DNA of 64,000 nucleotides. It comes from an uncultured Actinomycetota bacterium (GTDB taxonomy: Bacteria > Actinomycetota > Actinomycetes > CAVWCF01). Both the position numbers and the translations under genes were made by a program. Below the pieces are notes generated by a model, which saw only the letters and a program-made list of their open reading frames with translations, was not told where the DNA came from and made no database searches. The DNA lies in NCBI GenBank assembly GCA_963753435.1, contig CAVWCF010000001.1:1636502-1700501 (forward strand), in the 5' to 3' direction. Positions within the stretch are counted from its first letter, which is position 1. Each line of letters starts with the position of its first letter. Below are positions 30,167 to 39,310 of this stretch, one piece after another.

Positions 30167-32902
30167 TTACTGCGGTTCGGAGCCCTGAGCGGCAAGAGGT
30201 GCGGACCGTTCGACTGCGGCCAGCTCCGGCCCAAGGAAGGCTTCAATTACCTTCGCGTCGGCCTGGACCTCGTCCCCCGTCCCGGTGGCAATGACCTCCC
30301 CCAGATCCAGCGCCATGAACCGGTCGCACACCGCCCGGAGCAGGGTCATGTCGTGGTCAACGACGACCAGCGTCACCCCCTGGGCGTGGACTTTGCGCAG
30401 TAGGCGCGCAAGGCCGGGTATTTCGGCGTGAGCGATACCGGCAGATGGTTCGTCCAGCAGCAGGACCCGTGGTTGCAGGGCCAGGTCGGCGGCCAGTTCC
30501 GTCATCCGCCGGATTCCCGTAGGTAGGGATCCGACCACCTCGTCGGCATACGGCAACAGGCCAAGCGATTCGAGCGTGCCGTCGACATCGGTCATGCCGC
30601 GCGACTGGTCGGCGGCGATGTGCAGGGTCTCGCGCACGGTCATGGTCGGGAAGAGCAGCGCGTTCTGGAACGACCGGACGAGGCCATCCCTGGACCGCAA
30701 GTGGGCTGCGCGCGCGGTGACGTCGCGCCCGTTGTAGCTGACGCGTCCTTCGTCGGGTCGAACGAAGCCGGCGGCCATCTCGAAGAGGGTGGTCTTGCCG
30801 GCGCCGTTGGGTCCGATGATCGCAACTGCTTCGCCCGGTCGGACGGAGAGGGAAACGTTCCGCACGGCCCGGACCCCGCCGAACGACTTGGATAGCCCAC
30901 TGATTTCCAGCACCGGGTCCGCCGTGCCGGCGGCGTGTGCTGGCAATTCCAGCTCAACGCGATCCGTGTACGGGGTTGAGCGCTCCACGGGCTCGTCGCT
31001 GACTTGTGTCGGATCCATACCGCGCAGCCGGGCCACCTCCTCGACTATCCAGTCTCGGATCGGTAGCAGGACCGTGATGAAACCCCCTGGGCGGAAGAGG
31101 ATCAACGCGAGGAACAGCAACTGCAGGCCCGCGGTTGCCACGATGTCCAACCCCGCAAGCCCGGGAACGCCGCCGACTAGCAGCGAGCCCAGAAGTGGCC
31201 CAGAGATTGCGGCAAGGCCACCGACCGCTGCCATGACGACGACCTCAATGCTCGCCGTTGCGGGGAACTCCGTGGCGGTGAGCAAAGGCCGTGAGTGCGC
31301 AAACAGGGATCCGCCCAAACCCGCCAGGCCACCGGCGATGGCGAAGGCTTGGACCCGGCGCCGAACACCGGATACCCCCAAGGCACGGGCGGCGCCTTCG
31401 TTGTCGCGCAGGGCTACGAGGTCAGCGCCCAGCCGGCTACGCACCACTCGCCAGGTGAACACGACCGCGACCGCAAGCACGCCCAACGCGTAGAAGTAGT
31501 ACTTGCTGGGTGTGTCCAGTTCCAGGGAGCCGATGATCGGCTGGGCAGTGGCCAGGCCGTCACCGAGCGCCCACTCCTGAGGCAGGATCCAGGAACGTGC
31601 TGCCAGCGCGAAGGCGAGAGTGGTGATTGGCAGCACCAGCCCGCGGGAACGCAGTGCGGGCAGACCGAGCAGCAATGAAGTGAGCGCGCCCACGAGTACG
31701 GCAGCCACGGGTCCGGCGAAGAAGACGCCGGTGGCGTCGACCGCCCGGATCGAGGCGACGGCCGCTACGCCTGCGACCGCGAACTGGCCCAAAGACAACT
31801 GGCCGGCGCGTCCCGTCAGCAGGAATACCGACAGCGCGACGATCCCGAAAGCGATGACCGTGGTCAGGGTGAGGGAGGAGGCGTTGTCCGTGAAGAGCGG
31901 CAGCACAAAGACGGCCGATGCAAACAGTGCGACGGACATGACCGGACCGAAGTGGCGCGCGACGAAGAGTCCGGAGTACGCCTTGGAGATCGGCCGCAGA
32001 CTGAGCAGGGTCCAGTTGCCGTCAGAGTCGGACTGCCTGCCGGCCTTCGGCGGGCGGAGCAAGAGCACAACCAGGGCGATCAGCGTGAGGATCAGGTCGA
32101 CCACTCCGCTGGTGGCGTTCTGTGCTCGCGCGATCGTGTCGAGCAAGCCCACCGCGATTCCGGCCGCGAAGGCCACGGACACGCGATCGAAGCGAGCCAC
32201 GGCAGCAGCGATGAGGCCCCGCAACATGAGCGACGGGCCCAGCACCCCGAGGGCGTCGACTCCTTGTGTGGGCCAGAGCAGGATCGCGGAGAACGCTGCG
32301 ATGCCGCCGGCGATCGCCCACGTTCGCCCAGCGATCTTGTGCGGCGAGATCCCCGCTGCCCACGCGGCATCAGGATTGGCGGATGTGGCCCGAATAGCGG
32401 TCCCGAAGCGGGTTCTGCGCAGCAGCAGCAGCAGCGCTGCGATCAGCAGCGGGCTGAGGACCAAGAGGGCTGTGTATGACGGGACGACCACGAAGTCGCC
32501 CACTTCGAACGATGGGAATCCGGGGGGAGTCGGGTAACTGGAACCCACCTGGGCGTCGGTGTTCACCGCGAACGAGGCGGCAAGAAGGAACTGGGCCAGC
32601 AGCAGGGTGACCACCACACCCATGAGGCGGGGTTGATCGGCCAGCCGTCGCACGATCGCTTGCTCCGTGGCGGTCGCAACGCCGGCTGCGAACAGGACGC
32701 CAACCACGAACGCGAGCCAGTAGGGAACCCCGTAGCTGACGACCAGCGTGCCGACCAGCGCCCCGCCAAACGCGCCCAGCGCGCCTTGGGCGAAGTTGAT
32801 GAACCGGCTGACCTTGTAAACGAGGACCAGGCCGACGGCCAGCAGTCCGTAGGGGATCCCGACGATGATTCCTTGCAGGATGATGCCGGCGTTAATGGTC
32901 AC
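30167..32902 (-). CDS. Fused Liv-type ABC transporter permease-permease-ATPase (LivH-LivM-LivG)
   Basis: AVGLVLVY..INFAQG, GQLSLGQ, LRDNE.AA..LG, GPNGAGKTT, LLLDEP. Confidence 0.9.
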   Translation of the reverse strand: MTINAGIILQGIIVGIPYGLLAVGLVLVYKVSRFINFAQGALGAFGGALVGTLVVSYGVPYWLAFVVGVLFAAGVATATEQAIVRRLADQPRLMGVVVTLLLAQFLLAASFAVNTDAQVGSSYPTPPGFPSFEVGDFVVVPSYTALLVLSPLLIAALLLLLRRTRFGTAIRATSANPDAAWAAGISPHKIAGRTWAIAGGIAAFSAILLWPTQGVDALGVLGPSLMLRGLIAAAVARFDRVSVAFAAGIAVGLLDTIARAQNATSGVVDLILTLIALVVLLLRPPKAGRQSDSDGNWTLLSLRPISKAYSGLFVARHFGPVMSVALFASAVFVLPLFTDNASSLTLTTVIAFGIVALSVFLLTGRAGQLSLGQFAVAGVAAVASIRAVDATGVFFAGPVAAVLVGALTSLLLGLPALRSRGLVLPITTLAFALAARSWILPQEWALGDGLATAQPIIGSLELDTPSKYYFYALGVLAVAVVFTWRVVRSRLGADLVALRDNEGAARALGVSGVRRRVQAFAIAGGLAGLGGSLFAHSRPLLTATEFPATASIEVVVMAAVGGLAAISGPLLGSLLVGGVPGLAGLDIVATAGLQLLFLALILFRPGGFITVLLPIRDWIVEEVARLRGMDPTQVSDEPVERSTPYTDRVELELPAHAAGTADPVLEISGLSKSFGGVRAVRNVSLSVRPGEAVAIIGPNGAGKTTLFEMAAGFVRPDEGRVSYNGRDVTARAAHLRSRDGLVRSFQNALLFPTMTVRETLHIAADQSRGMTDVDGTLESLGLLPYADEVVGSLPTGIRRMTELAADLALQPRVLLLDEPSAGIAHAEIPGLARLLRKVHAQGVTLVVVDHDMTLLRAVCDRFMALDLGEVIATGTGDEVQADAKVIEAFLGPELAAVERSAPLAAQGSEPQ

Positions 32903-34176
32903 GCCCCGACCTCCGCCGCGATGGATCCGGACAGATACACCGAGGCCAATCGGTCCGGGGATTCGCGCAGTACGTCGGCGGGCTCATCAAGGACGATGCG
33001 GCCGCGTTCCATCACGCTCAGCCGGTCGGCGAGGTTGAGTGCGACGTTCGCGGACTGTTCAACCAGCAGGACGGCCGTTCCTTCGTGGGCGATGGTTCGC
33101 ACCAGTTCCATGAGTTGGCCGACGATTCGTGGCGCCAGTCCCAGCGAGAACTCGTCGATGAGCAGCACCTTGGGCTGAACCAGCAGCGCCTGCGATACCG
33201 CGAGCATCTGCTGCTCGCCGCCGGACAGCGTCGATGCCACCTGCTCGGATCGCTCTCCCACCCAGGGGAACATTTCCTTGACCCGATCGATGCGCCGGTT
33301 CAGTTCGCGCTCCGGCTCCGTGGACCGGTACGCGAACATGCGCAGGTTCTCTTCGACTGTCAGGGGACCAAAGAGGGCGTTCCCGCCAATCACCAGACTG
33401 AGGCCCAGTTCGGCTCGTCCGGCCGCGGTTAGGGGCGTCACGTCGAATCCGTCCAGGTGCACCGATCCACTCTGGGCTCGTTGCAGGCCCGCGAGGGTGC
33501 GCAGGGTGGTGGTCTTGCCGGCCCCGTTGTTGCCGAGCAAGGCCCGGATTTCGCCTGGCTGTAGGGACAGATCTACATCGAACAGCACGTGGACCTTGCC
33601 CAGGACAACGTCCAGACCATCGGCGACCAGCGCGGGCTTGTCAGTGGGTCGGTGCCCGGCTGCGATCGTTGCGTAGATCTCCTCCAGTGGGGCCGCATCT
33701 GGGGACACCAGCGCCCGCGCGTCCTCACGAAGGGACGGTTCGGGCCGAGGTGGGCGCTGGTAGGCAAGCCAGGCCGCGATGAGCACGTGCAGTCCGATGA
33801 CGATGAATGAGGCGATCGTGAGGACGGTGTAGATCGTGCCCTTGCCTACCGCGCTCTGGCTGAGCAAGTAGAGGAGCAGAACCAGGTAGGCGGCGTAGCC
33901 GTTGATGGTGCGCAGGGTCCAGCGCGGGGCCGGGAAGCCGAAGACGTAGAAGGAGTAGGCCGCGTGGGACAGCAACAGCACGGTGGCGATCACCTGTGCC
34001 CCCACATCCACGGCGGCCAGCCACGATCCGAGGGCACCGTCGGGCCACTTGTCGTGCATCCAGGCGGCCAGGTAGCTGAAGGGAAACATGATCAGCAGGG
34101 CCCAGCCCAGACGTCTGTTCCATCGGGTGATCCCACGTTTGCGGTCGGTGCGTGCTTCAACGCCGATGCTGGTCAT
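32899..34176 (-). CDS. LivF-type ABC ATPase fused to an N-terminal 4-TM cytochrome-b-like domain
   Basis: GNNGAGKTT, LSGGEQQMLA, IDEFSLGLAP, VEQ; the first ~140 aa are four hydrophobic helices containing His. Confidence 0.88.
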   Translation of the reverse strand: MTSIGVEARTDRKRGITRWNRRLGWALLIMFPFSYLAAWMHDKWPDGALGSWLAAVDVGAQVIATVLLLSHAAYSFYVFGFPAPRWTLRTINGYAAYLVLLLYLLSQSAVGKGTIYTVLTIASFIVIGLHVLIAAWLAYQRPPRPEPSLREDARALVSPDAAPLEEIYATIAAGHRPTDKPALVADGLDVVLGKVHVLFDVDLSLQPGEIRALLGNNGAGKTTTLRTLAGLQRAQSGSVHLDGFDVTPLTAAGRAELGLSLVIGGNALFGPLTVEENLRMFAYRSTEPERELNRRIDRVKEMFPWVGERSEQVASTLSGGEQQMLAVSQALLVQPKVLLIDEFSLGLAPRIVGQLMELVRTIAHEGTAVLLVEQSANVALNLADRLSVMERGRIVLDEPADVLRESPDRLASVYLSGSIAAEVGA

Positions 34177-34232
34177 TGACCGCTCCCGGATGGTGGTTGC
34201 CGAGTGGTTTTACCCGGAGGACTCTGGGCGGA

Positions 34233-34329
34233 ATCGTGGAGGCTGCTTCGCCAAGAGTCAACGGTTTGTGCGAAATTCTTGAGAAGTTGTGCGAAATCTC
34301 TTGACTCGCATCTGCCGGTGCCGCACTCT
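34233..34329. promoter_or_regulatory. Back-to-back promoters flanking a TTGTGCGAAAT direct repeat
   Basis: Minus strand TTGACT-N17-CACGAT; plus strand TTGACT (34301)-N17-CACTCT; TTGTGCGAAAT at 34266 and 34287. Confidence 0.6.
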
Positions 34330-34392
34330 GGGCACTTCCAAACGCTGTGGAGGCGGTTCGGGCCGCCTTCGCCGATCGAAAGGACCCCGCCG

Positions 34393-35716
34393 ATGCCGGT
34401 GGCCCTAACCACTCGACTCGTTCTTGGCGCCGCTGCGGGCGCCTTGGTCTTGTCGGCCTGCAGCGCCACCAGTTCTGGTGAAGGTGGGGAACAAGACGCT
34501 GAGCGCACGGGCCCTGGCGTCACGGCCGAGTCGATCAAGGTGGGTTTCGTCACGCTCAAGAACGCGGCTGGCGGCGGCGGATTCGTTTCCGCTGATCAGG
34601 GCGACACGCAGGCACAGGTCGACGCCATGGTCGCGGCGATCAACGACTCCGGAGGGATCCTCGGGCGCAACGTTGAATCCGTCATCAAGGAGTTCGACTC
34701 CTCGCTCGACTCCGCGCAGTACGAGAACGAACTGTGCACCGCCTTCACCCAGGACGAGGGCGTCTTTGCGGTGGTCCTTCTTGGGCAACGCGAGGCCAGT
34801 GCGCGTACTTGCTACCGGGACGCGGACACGCTGATGCTGGACATGTCCGGGATTGCCTTGGCCGCTTCGGTGTATTCCGACCTCGCCCCGCATTTCTGGG
34901 CGCCGGGCAACACCACCTTGGACGCCTACGCGGCGAGCATGGTCCCGGTGCTTCAGGAAAACGGCTTCTTCAACGGGGCCGCTGTCGGCGTCCTGGTGGA
35001 GAAGGACCCGAACTATCAATCAGTCTTCGACGATGTGCTTGAGCCGGCCTTGCAAGCTGCCGGTGTGAGCGAGGTGGTCACTGCTGAGATCGATCAGACG
35101 AACGCGTCCAACGCCGGGGCAACCGCTGGAGCCGCGGTTCGCGCGATGAAGTCCGCGGCCGTGGAAGAACTCCTCTTCCTGGGCCGGCCGGACAACCTCG
35201 GGTACTTCACCCTGCTGGCCAAGGACCAGAAGTTCTTCCCGCGGTTGGGTGTTGGCACGTTCGAGGACCCGCAGTTCGCCAGCGCCAACCCGTTGGTGAT
35301 CCCGCCAGAGTCCCTGCAGGGTGCAGTCGGCATCGGCTTCTCCGCTATCAAGGACGGGGTGTCGGCGGAGTACCCGTTCCCGGCCCCGGGTGCGGAGAAG
35401 GAGTGCATCGACATCTACGCAGCGGCAGGGATCTCGTTCGCTGGCCGCCCTGAGGCCAGGACCGCGCTGGGGTACTGCGACGCACTCAGCTTCCTGCAGA
35501 CGGCCGCAGCGCGAGCTCGACGAAGGGTCGCCGGTCAACGCCGACACGGTGGCCGACGGCGCGGCCGGACTCGCCGACCAATGGCAGGCCGCTTCATCAC
35601 TGAGCACGGAGTTGAGCGAAGGACGCTACGCGCCAGCGGCCAGCGCCCGCCCGCTCATCTACTCCGGGCCCGCATTCACCTACGCCGGAGATCCGGCACC
35701 CCTCCGAACCCCCTAG
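34393..35716 (+). CDS. LivK-like ABC substrate-binding lipoprotein; apparent +1 frameshift near 35512
   Basis: Lipobox LSAC, PGVTAESIKVG, INDSGGILGR; protein-like sequence continues as ELDEGSPVNADT... in the next frame to TAG 35716. Confidence 0.82.
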
Positions 35717-35717
35717 C

Positions 35718-35755
35718 GAAGTCGCCGGGCCGAGCGCGCTCGGCCCGGCGACTTC
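35718..35755. terminator. Perfect 38-bp palindrome after the binding-protein gene (stabiliser or attenuator)
   Basis: GAAGTCGCCGGGCCGAGCGCGCTCGGCCCGGCGACTTC is self-complementary; no U-tract. Confidence 0.7.
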
Positions 35756-35776
35756 AACCGAAAGGAGCAGAAGGCG

Positions 35777-36520
35777 ATGGAGAAGTGGGCTTTCCTAGCC
35801 ATCGCGCTTGCCGAGGTGGCCCTGTTCGTCTGGGTGTTCCGCATCTGGCGTCGGGGCCGAAAAGTCCGGGTCTCGGAGGTGCTGGTCTTGATGGTCATCC
35901 TCACCGGGGTGATCTACGACAACACACTGCTTGCCTTCGGCGGAGACTGGTTCGGCATCGGTCCTACTCATGAACTGCTGAGCTACCCGCGCTACCTCAT
36001 GCACGGCCTGTTCACGCCGCTGCTGATCATCTTCTGCGCGTTGTCAGCGGATCGGATGAATGTTCCTGGATACCGCTCTCGGGAAGTCATCACCATCTGG
36101 GGCGCTGTGACGTTCTTCGCCATCTGGTTCGGTCTGATCGGTGACCTCATCAACCTGAGGATCGCCCCGGAAACGGTTGACGGTCTCGTTTCCTACAAGC
36201 ACGTGGGTGAGTTGGGGCCGCCGATAGCGGAGATCCTGACCGTTGTGAGCATGCTGATCATCGGCGGTGCGATGCAGCGGTACGCGCGTTGGCCCTGGGT
36301 CTTCGTATCGGCGTCGGTGATGTTCGTGATCGCGCTGTTCTTCATCGACAACGGCGTGCTGGCCAACATCGGTGAGCTGGTCCTCCTGACCGCCTGCGCG
36401 GCCACGGGGGCCGAAGCGATCCGCCGGGTTACGGCGGAACGTGAAGAGAAGAAGGCCATGGCACTGCAGGAAGCCGCCGCCAGGCGGGCCGACCGGTCCG
36501 CAAGCGAGGTCCCCGCCTGA
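35777..36520 (+). CDS. About 7-TM membrane protein of unknown function
   Basis: AAAGGAG RBS; hydrophobic helices with polar motifs YDN and RY..H..FTP. Confidence 0.8.
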   Translation: MEKWAFLAIALAEVALFVWVFRIWRRGRKVRVSEVLVLMVILTGVIYDNTLLAFGGDWFGIGPTHELLSYPRYLMHGLFTPLLIIFCALSADRMNVPGYRSREVITIWGAVTFFAIWFGLIGDLINLRIAPETVDGLVSYKHVGELGPPIAEILTVVSMLIIGGAMQRYARWPWVFVSASVMFVIALFFIDNGVLANIGELVLLTACAATGAEAIRRVTAEREEKKAMALQEAAARRADRSASEVPA

Positions 36521-36538
36521 TCCGACCCAAGTCGTGGG

Positions 36539-36991
36539 CTACGGGTGCGGCGGGCCGGGGGCCGTGCGCCGGCGGGAGGAGAACTTGACCCCGAGGGCAA
36601 TGTGGACGGCTATCGACAGGTACATGAGGACGGTCAAGTAGCCGTGCCAGGGATCCCACCCGAAGGTGGTTTGCGACGCCAGCACGATCACTAGGAGCGC
36701 GTAGCCGAAGTAGATATGGAAGACGCGCAGCGTGCGCCGAAACGGGACCCTGCCGAACACGTAAAGGCTCAAGCCTGCGTGCAGAAAGAGGACCACGATC
36801 ATCGCGATCTGCAGCGCCCAGGCCAGCCCCCGGTAGCTGAGGCCGACGGAGTCGCCCAGAACAACTGGGTCTGATGCTGACGTGCGGTAGGTCACGTCGG
36901 CCAGGACCAGCAGGACCAGCAGCACCCAGCTAACTGCCCGGTTTGTGACCCCGAGCCGCTGCTTACGTCGTAGCGCCGCCGACGGCATCAT
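36539..36991 (-). CDS. 4-TM His-containing (cytochrome-b-like) membrane protein
   Basis: LHAGLSLYVFG, FHIYFGY, AVHIALG; aligns by eye with the N-terminus of 32899..34176. Confidence 0.75.
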   Translation of the reverse strand: MMPSAALRRKQRLGVTNRAVSWVLLVLLVLADVTYRTSASDPVVLGDSVGLSYRGLAWALQIAMIVVLFLHAGLSLYVFGRVPFRRTLRVFHIYFGYALLVIVLASQTTFGWDPWHGYLTVLMYLSIAVHIALGVKFSSRRRTAPGPPHP

Positions 36992-37653
36992 CAGGACGCG
37001 ACCAGTGTGGAGTTGGTCATGAGTGAACTGTCCAACTGCGACCAGTACGCGTCCAGAGCTTCGTAGGGATCAGCCGATTTCGGGTCGTCGATCGCGGCGA
37101 GCACGGCGGCGTGGAGTTCGGCGCGCGCGTCCAGTTGCGGCATGTTCGCCAGCAGCCGCAACAGCCGCATGAGCCGGGCCCACACGGAGTAGACCGCTCT
37201 GGCCAGTTCCTGGCTGCCGCTGGCAGCGAGGAGTTTCTCGTCGAAGCGCTCTGCTTCCAGCAGGGCGGAGGCCATGTCACCGGACGCGTAAGCCAGGTCG
37301 AAGTCCACGCCGATTCGCTTCAGCACCCCCTTGTCCGCCGCGGTAACGCGAGGGATGGACCAGCGGTAGACCGTCTCCCAGAGCAACGCTCCGACTCGCA
37401 GGAGGTCGGCGGCCACCTCGTGAGTGAGCGGGGAGACGAGTGCGCCACGGTTCGGCTGGACCTCGACCAGACCCTCAGCCGCCAAGTGGGCGAAGGCCTC
37501 GCGGAGGGGGGAGTTGGAGACGCCGAAGCGCTCCATGATCACCTCGGTGCGCAGCGGCGTGCCGGCGGCGAGGCGGCCCTCGATGATGTCCGCCCGCAGG
37601 GCGGCGACGATGACCTCACGGCTGGAACCGTGGGTCCGCTTCAGCGACGCCAC
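36991..37653 (-). CDS. GntR-family (FadR/FCD) transcriptional regulator
   Basis: LRADIIEGRL..G..L, FGVSNSPLREA..L.AEGLV..PNRG; start uncertain. Confidence 0.88.
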   Translation of the reverse strand: MASLKRTHGSSREVIVAALRADIIEGRLAAGTPLRTEVIMERFGVSNSPLREAFAHLAAEGLVEVQPNRGALVSPLTHEVAADLLRVGALLWETVYRWSIPRVTAADKGVLKRIGVDFDLAYASGDMASALLEAERFDEKLLAASGSQELARAVYSVWARLMRLLRLLANMPQLDARAELHAAVLAAIDDPKSADPYEALDAYWSQLDSSLMTNSTLVAS

Positions 37654-37707
37654 CGGGCCACCAACCTCTCGTTCGGCCCTTGGGGCCTGCCCAAGGCTAG
37701 TCGGAAC

Positions 37708-37742
37708 GACAACGGCCCCCGGGGGCACCGGGGGCCGTCGTC
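37708..37742 (-). terminator. Stem-loop downstream of the LPXTG gene
   Basis: ACGGCCCCCGG / CCGGGGGCCGT inverted repeat. Confidence 0.55.
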
Positions 37743-37751
37743 ACTATCCGG

Positions 37752-38531
37752 TCAGGAAAGAGTTCCCCGGCGAAGACGTCCGCCGAAGACCAGGGCGGAG
37801 CCGAGGAGCAGGGCACCCAAGCCCACGGCGAGCAGGGTTCCGGTCGCCGGCGCGCCGGTGTCCGGCAACGTGCCGCCTTCCTTGCCGCCGGTGGTGCTGG
37901 CGGTCGCGGTGCTGTCCGTGGACCCGGAGTCCGCACTCGCCGAAGGGGACGGGGTAGGCGAGGGCGAAGCCGCCGTGAACGACACCGGCTGAACCGCAAC
38001 TGCACTGCCGGAAACCGTGCCTACGACGAACTGGCAGGCGCCGGACTGGGTGCAGTCAACGGTGCGTCCGTCCCCGGTGGTGATGGAGGCGGGAACGACA
38101 ACGGAGGCCGAGCCGGAGGGGCCGGTGGAGAACTGGTAGCTCGGGCCGCCCAGGGTCGGGCATTCGTCGATTCCGTTGATGGCGGGCACCGCACAGACGC
38201 CGACACCGACCTGCTCGGCGGGGAAGCCGCTGAAGGACACCGTCACGGAGGCACCCGGTGCGTAAGAAGAGGGGGACAGGCTGGTGATCTCGGCAGCGGC
38301 CAGGGTCGACACCGAACCCGCCTCGGCGGTCGGGTCAAGCGCGGCCTCCGCCTCGGTGGCTGCTTCTTCGGCGGGCGCTTCGGTGGCCTCGGTCACCTCC
38401 GTGGTCTCCTCGGGCGCCGCCTCCTCAGCAAACGCGGTGCCGACGCCTCCCAGGAGGCTGCCGGCGAATGTGGTTGCGGCCACCGCCGCACCCAGCGCCA
38501 TGCGCGTTCGGTTCATCTGGATCCATCCCAT
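37752..38531 (-). CDS. Sortase-anchored (LPDTG) surface protein with neocarzinostatin-apoprotein-like domain
   Basis: Signal peptide (AFA), acidic linker, VTVSFSGF..C..C...TVDCT..ACQ...VSF pattern, LPDTG plus TM plus RLRR. Confidence 0.82.
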   Translation of the reverse strand: MGWIQMNRTRMALGAAVAATTFAGSLLGGVGTAFAEEAAPEETTEVTEATEAPAEEAATEAEAALDPTAEAGSVSTLAAAEITSLSPSSYAPGASVTVSFSGFPAEQVGVGVCAVPAINGIDECPTLGGPSYQFSTGPSGSASVVVPASITTGDGRTVDCTQSGACQFVVGTVSGSAVAVQPVSFTAASPSPTPSPSASADSGSTDSTATASTTGGKEGGTLPDTGAPATGTLLAVGLGALLLGSALVFGGRLRRGTLS

Positions 38532-38598
38532 CCCTAGTTGTTCAGCCCCGGCCGGGGTCTGCTTGAGGTTGTCGACTGTCTTCAGTTGGAGGTGCGCG

Positions 38599-39102
38599 TC
38601 ACTTGAAGGAGAGCGGGATCTTGGCGATCTTCACTCCGGACAGGTCGGTCGCCACGATTACGCAGGCGTCCGGGGTGTTCGCATCACAGGTAAGCGCAGG
38701 GGGAGCGGTGTTCCCCAGCGGTCCGTTGATGATGACGATCTCCCCGGCACCCGACCCGGTCGCATCGGCGGTAACGAGCTTGTTGCTGGTGCCGCCGAGC
38801 AGGGCGCAGTCCTGGGGTCCGGAAAGGGGCCGACCGTCGTTGGCGCAGATCGTGATGTCGACCTGCTCGTCCGGCACAAAGCCGCTGAAGGACACGGTGA
38901 CGGTTTCGCCGCCGGCGTAGGGGCCTGGCGGGTCAACGGTTGCGGAAACCTCGGCTGCGGCCGACTCGGATGGCGTCGGCTCCGATGCTGACGGCGAGGG
39001 ACTGTCCGTCGATGCGGAGTCGGCGTTTGACGAGTCATCGCTGCTGCATCCGGTAATTACTAGGACAGCGGCTGTTGTCAGCAGCAGTAGAACTCGACGC
39101 AT
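38599..39102 (-). CDS. Lipoprotein with neocarzinostatin-apoprotein-like domain
   Basis: Lipobox ITGC; TV.P...G.TVTVSFSGF, four Cys, VTADATGSG, IPLSF; GGAG RBS before ATG 39102. Confidence 0.82.
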   Translation of the reverse strand: MRRVLLLLTTAAVLVITGCSSDDSSNADSASTDSPSPSASEPTPSESAAAEVSATVDPPGPYAGGETVTVSFSGFVPDEQVDITICANDGRPLSGPQDCALLGGTSNKLVTADATGSGAGEIVIINGPLGNTAPPALTCDANTPDACVIVATDLSGVKIAKIPLSFK

Positions 39103-39164
39103 CACTTTCTCCCCTCCGCAGGGCGGTTGCCCTGGTGCGGAATCAGAGCGGTCCTTGGGCGAGA

Positions 39165-39206
39165 TGTCAAGAGATTTCGCGAAATACCTCGTTTCGATGC
39201 GAAATA
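39165..39206 (-). promoter_or_regulatory. TTGACA -35 with adjacent ATTTCGCGAAAT palindrome and second GCGAAAT
   Basis: GCGAAATCTCTTGAC (minus strand) is identical to 34291-34305. Confidence 0.65.
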
Positions 39207-39310
39207 GATGCGGGGCGCTTCGGCAATTGGAGTGGTCGGGCCCGCGCACATGAGGAGCCGGACGCTCGGTGCAGCGGCGCGAACTGGGATGTCCTGCCAC
39301 CCTCAGCTGC

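Noticed and set aside
35512-35973. Arg-rich C-terminal extension of the 589-aa binding-protein ORF
   Set aside because: Out-of-frame read-through after the +1 shift; it runs through a hairpin and the next gene
37752-39102. Enediyne biosynthetic cluster suggested by NCS-like genes
   Set aside because: No PKS or enediyne cassette in the window, and both proteins are surface-anchored rather than free carriers
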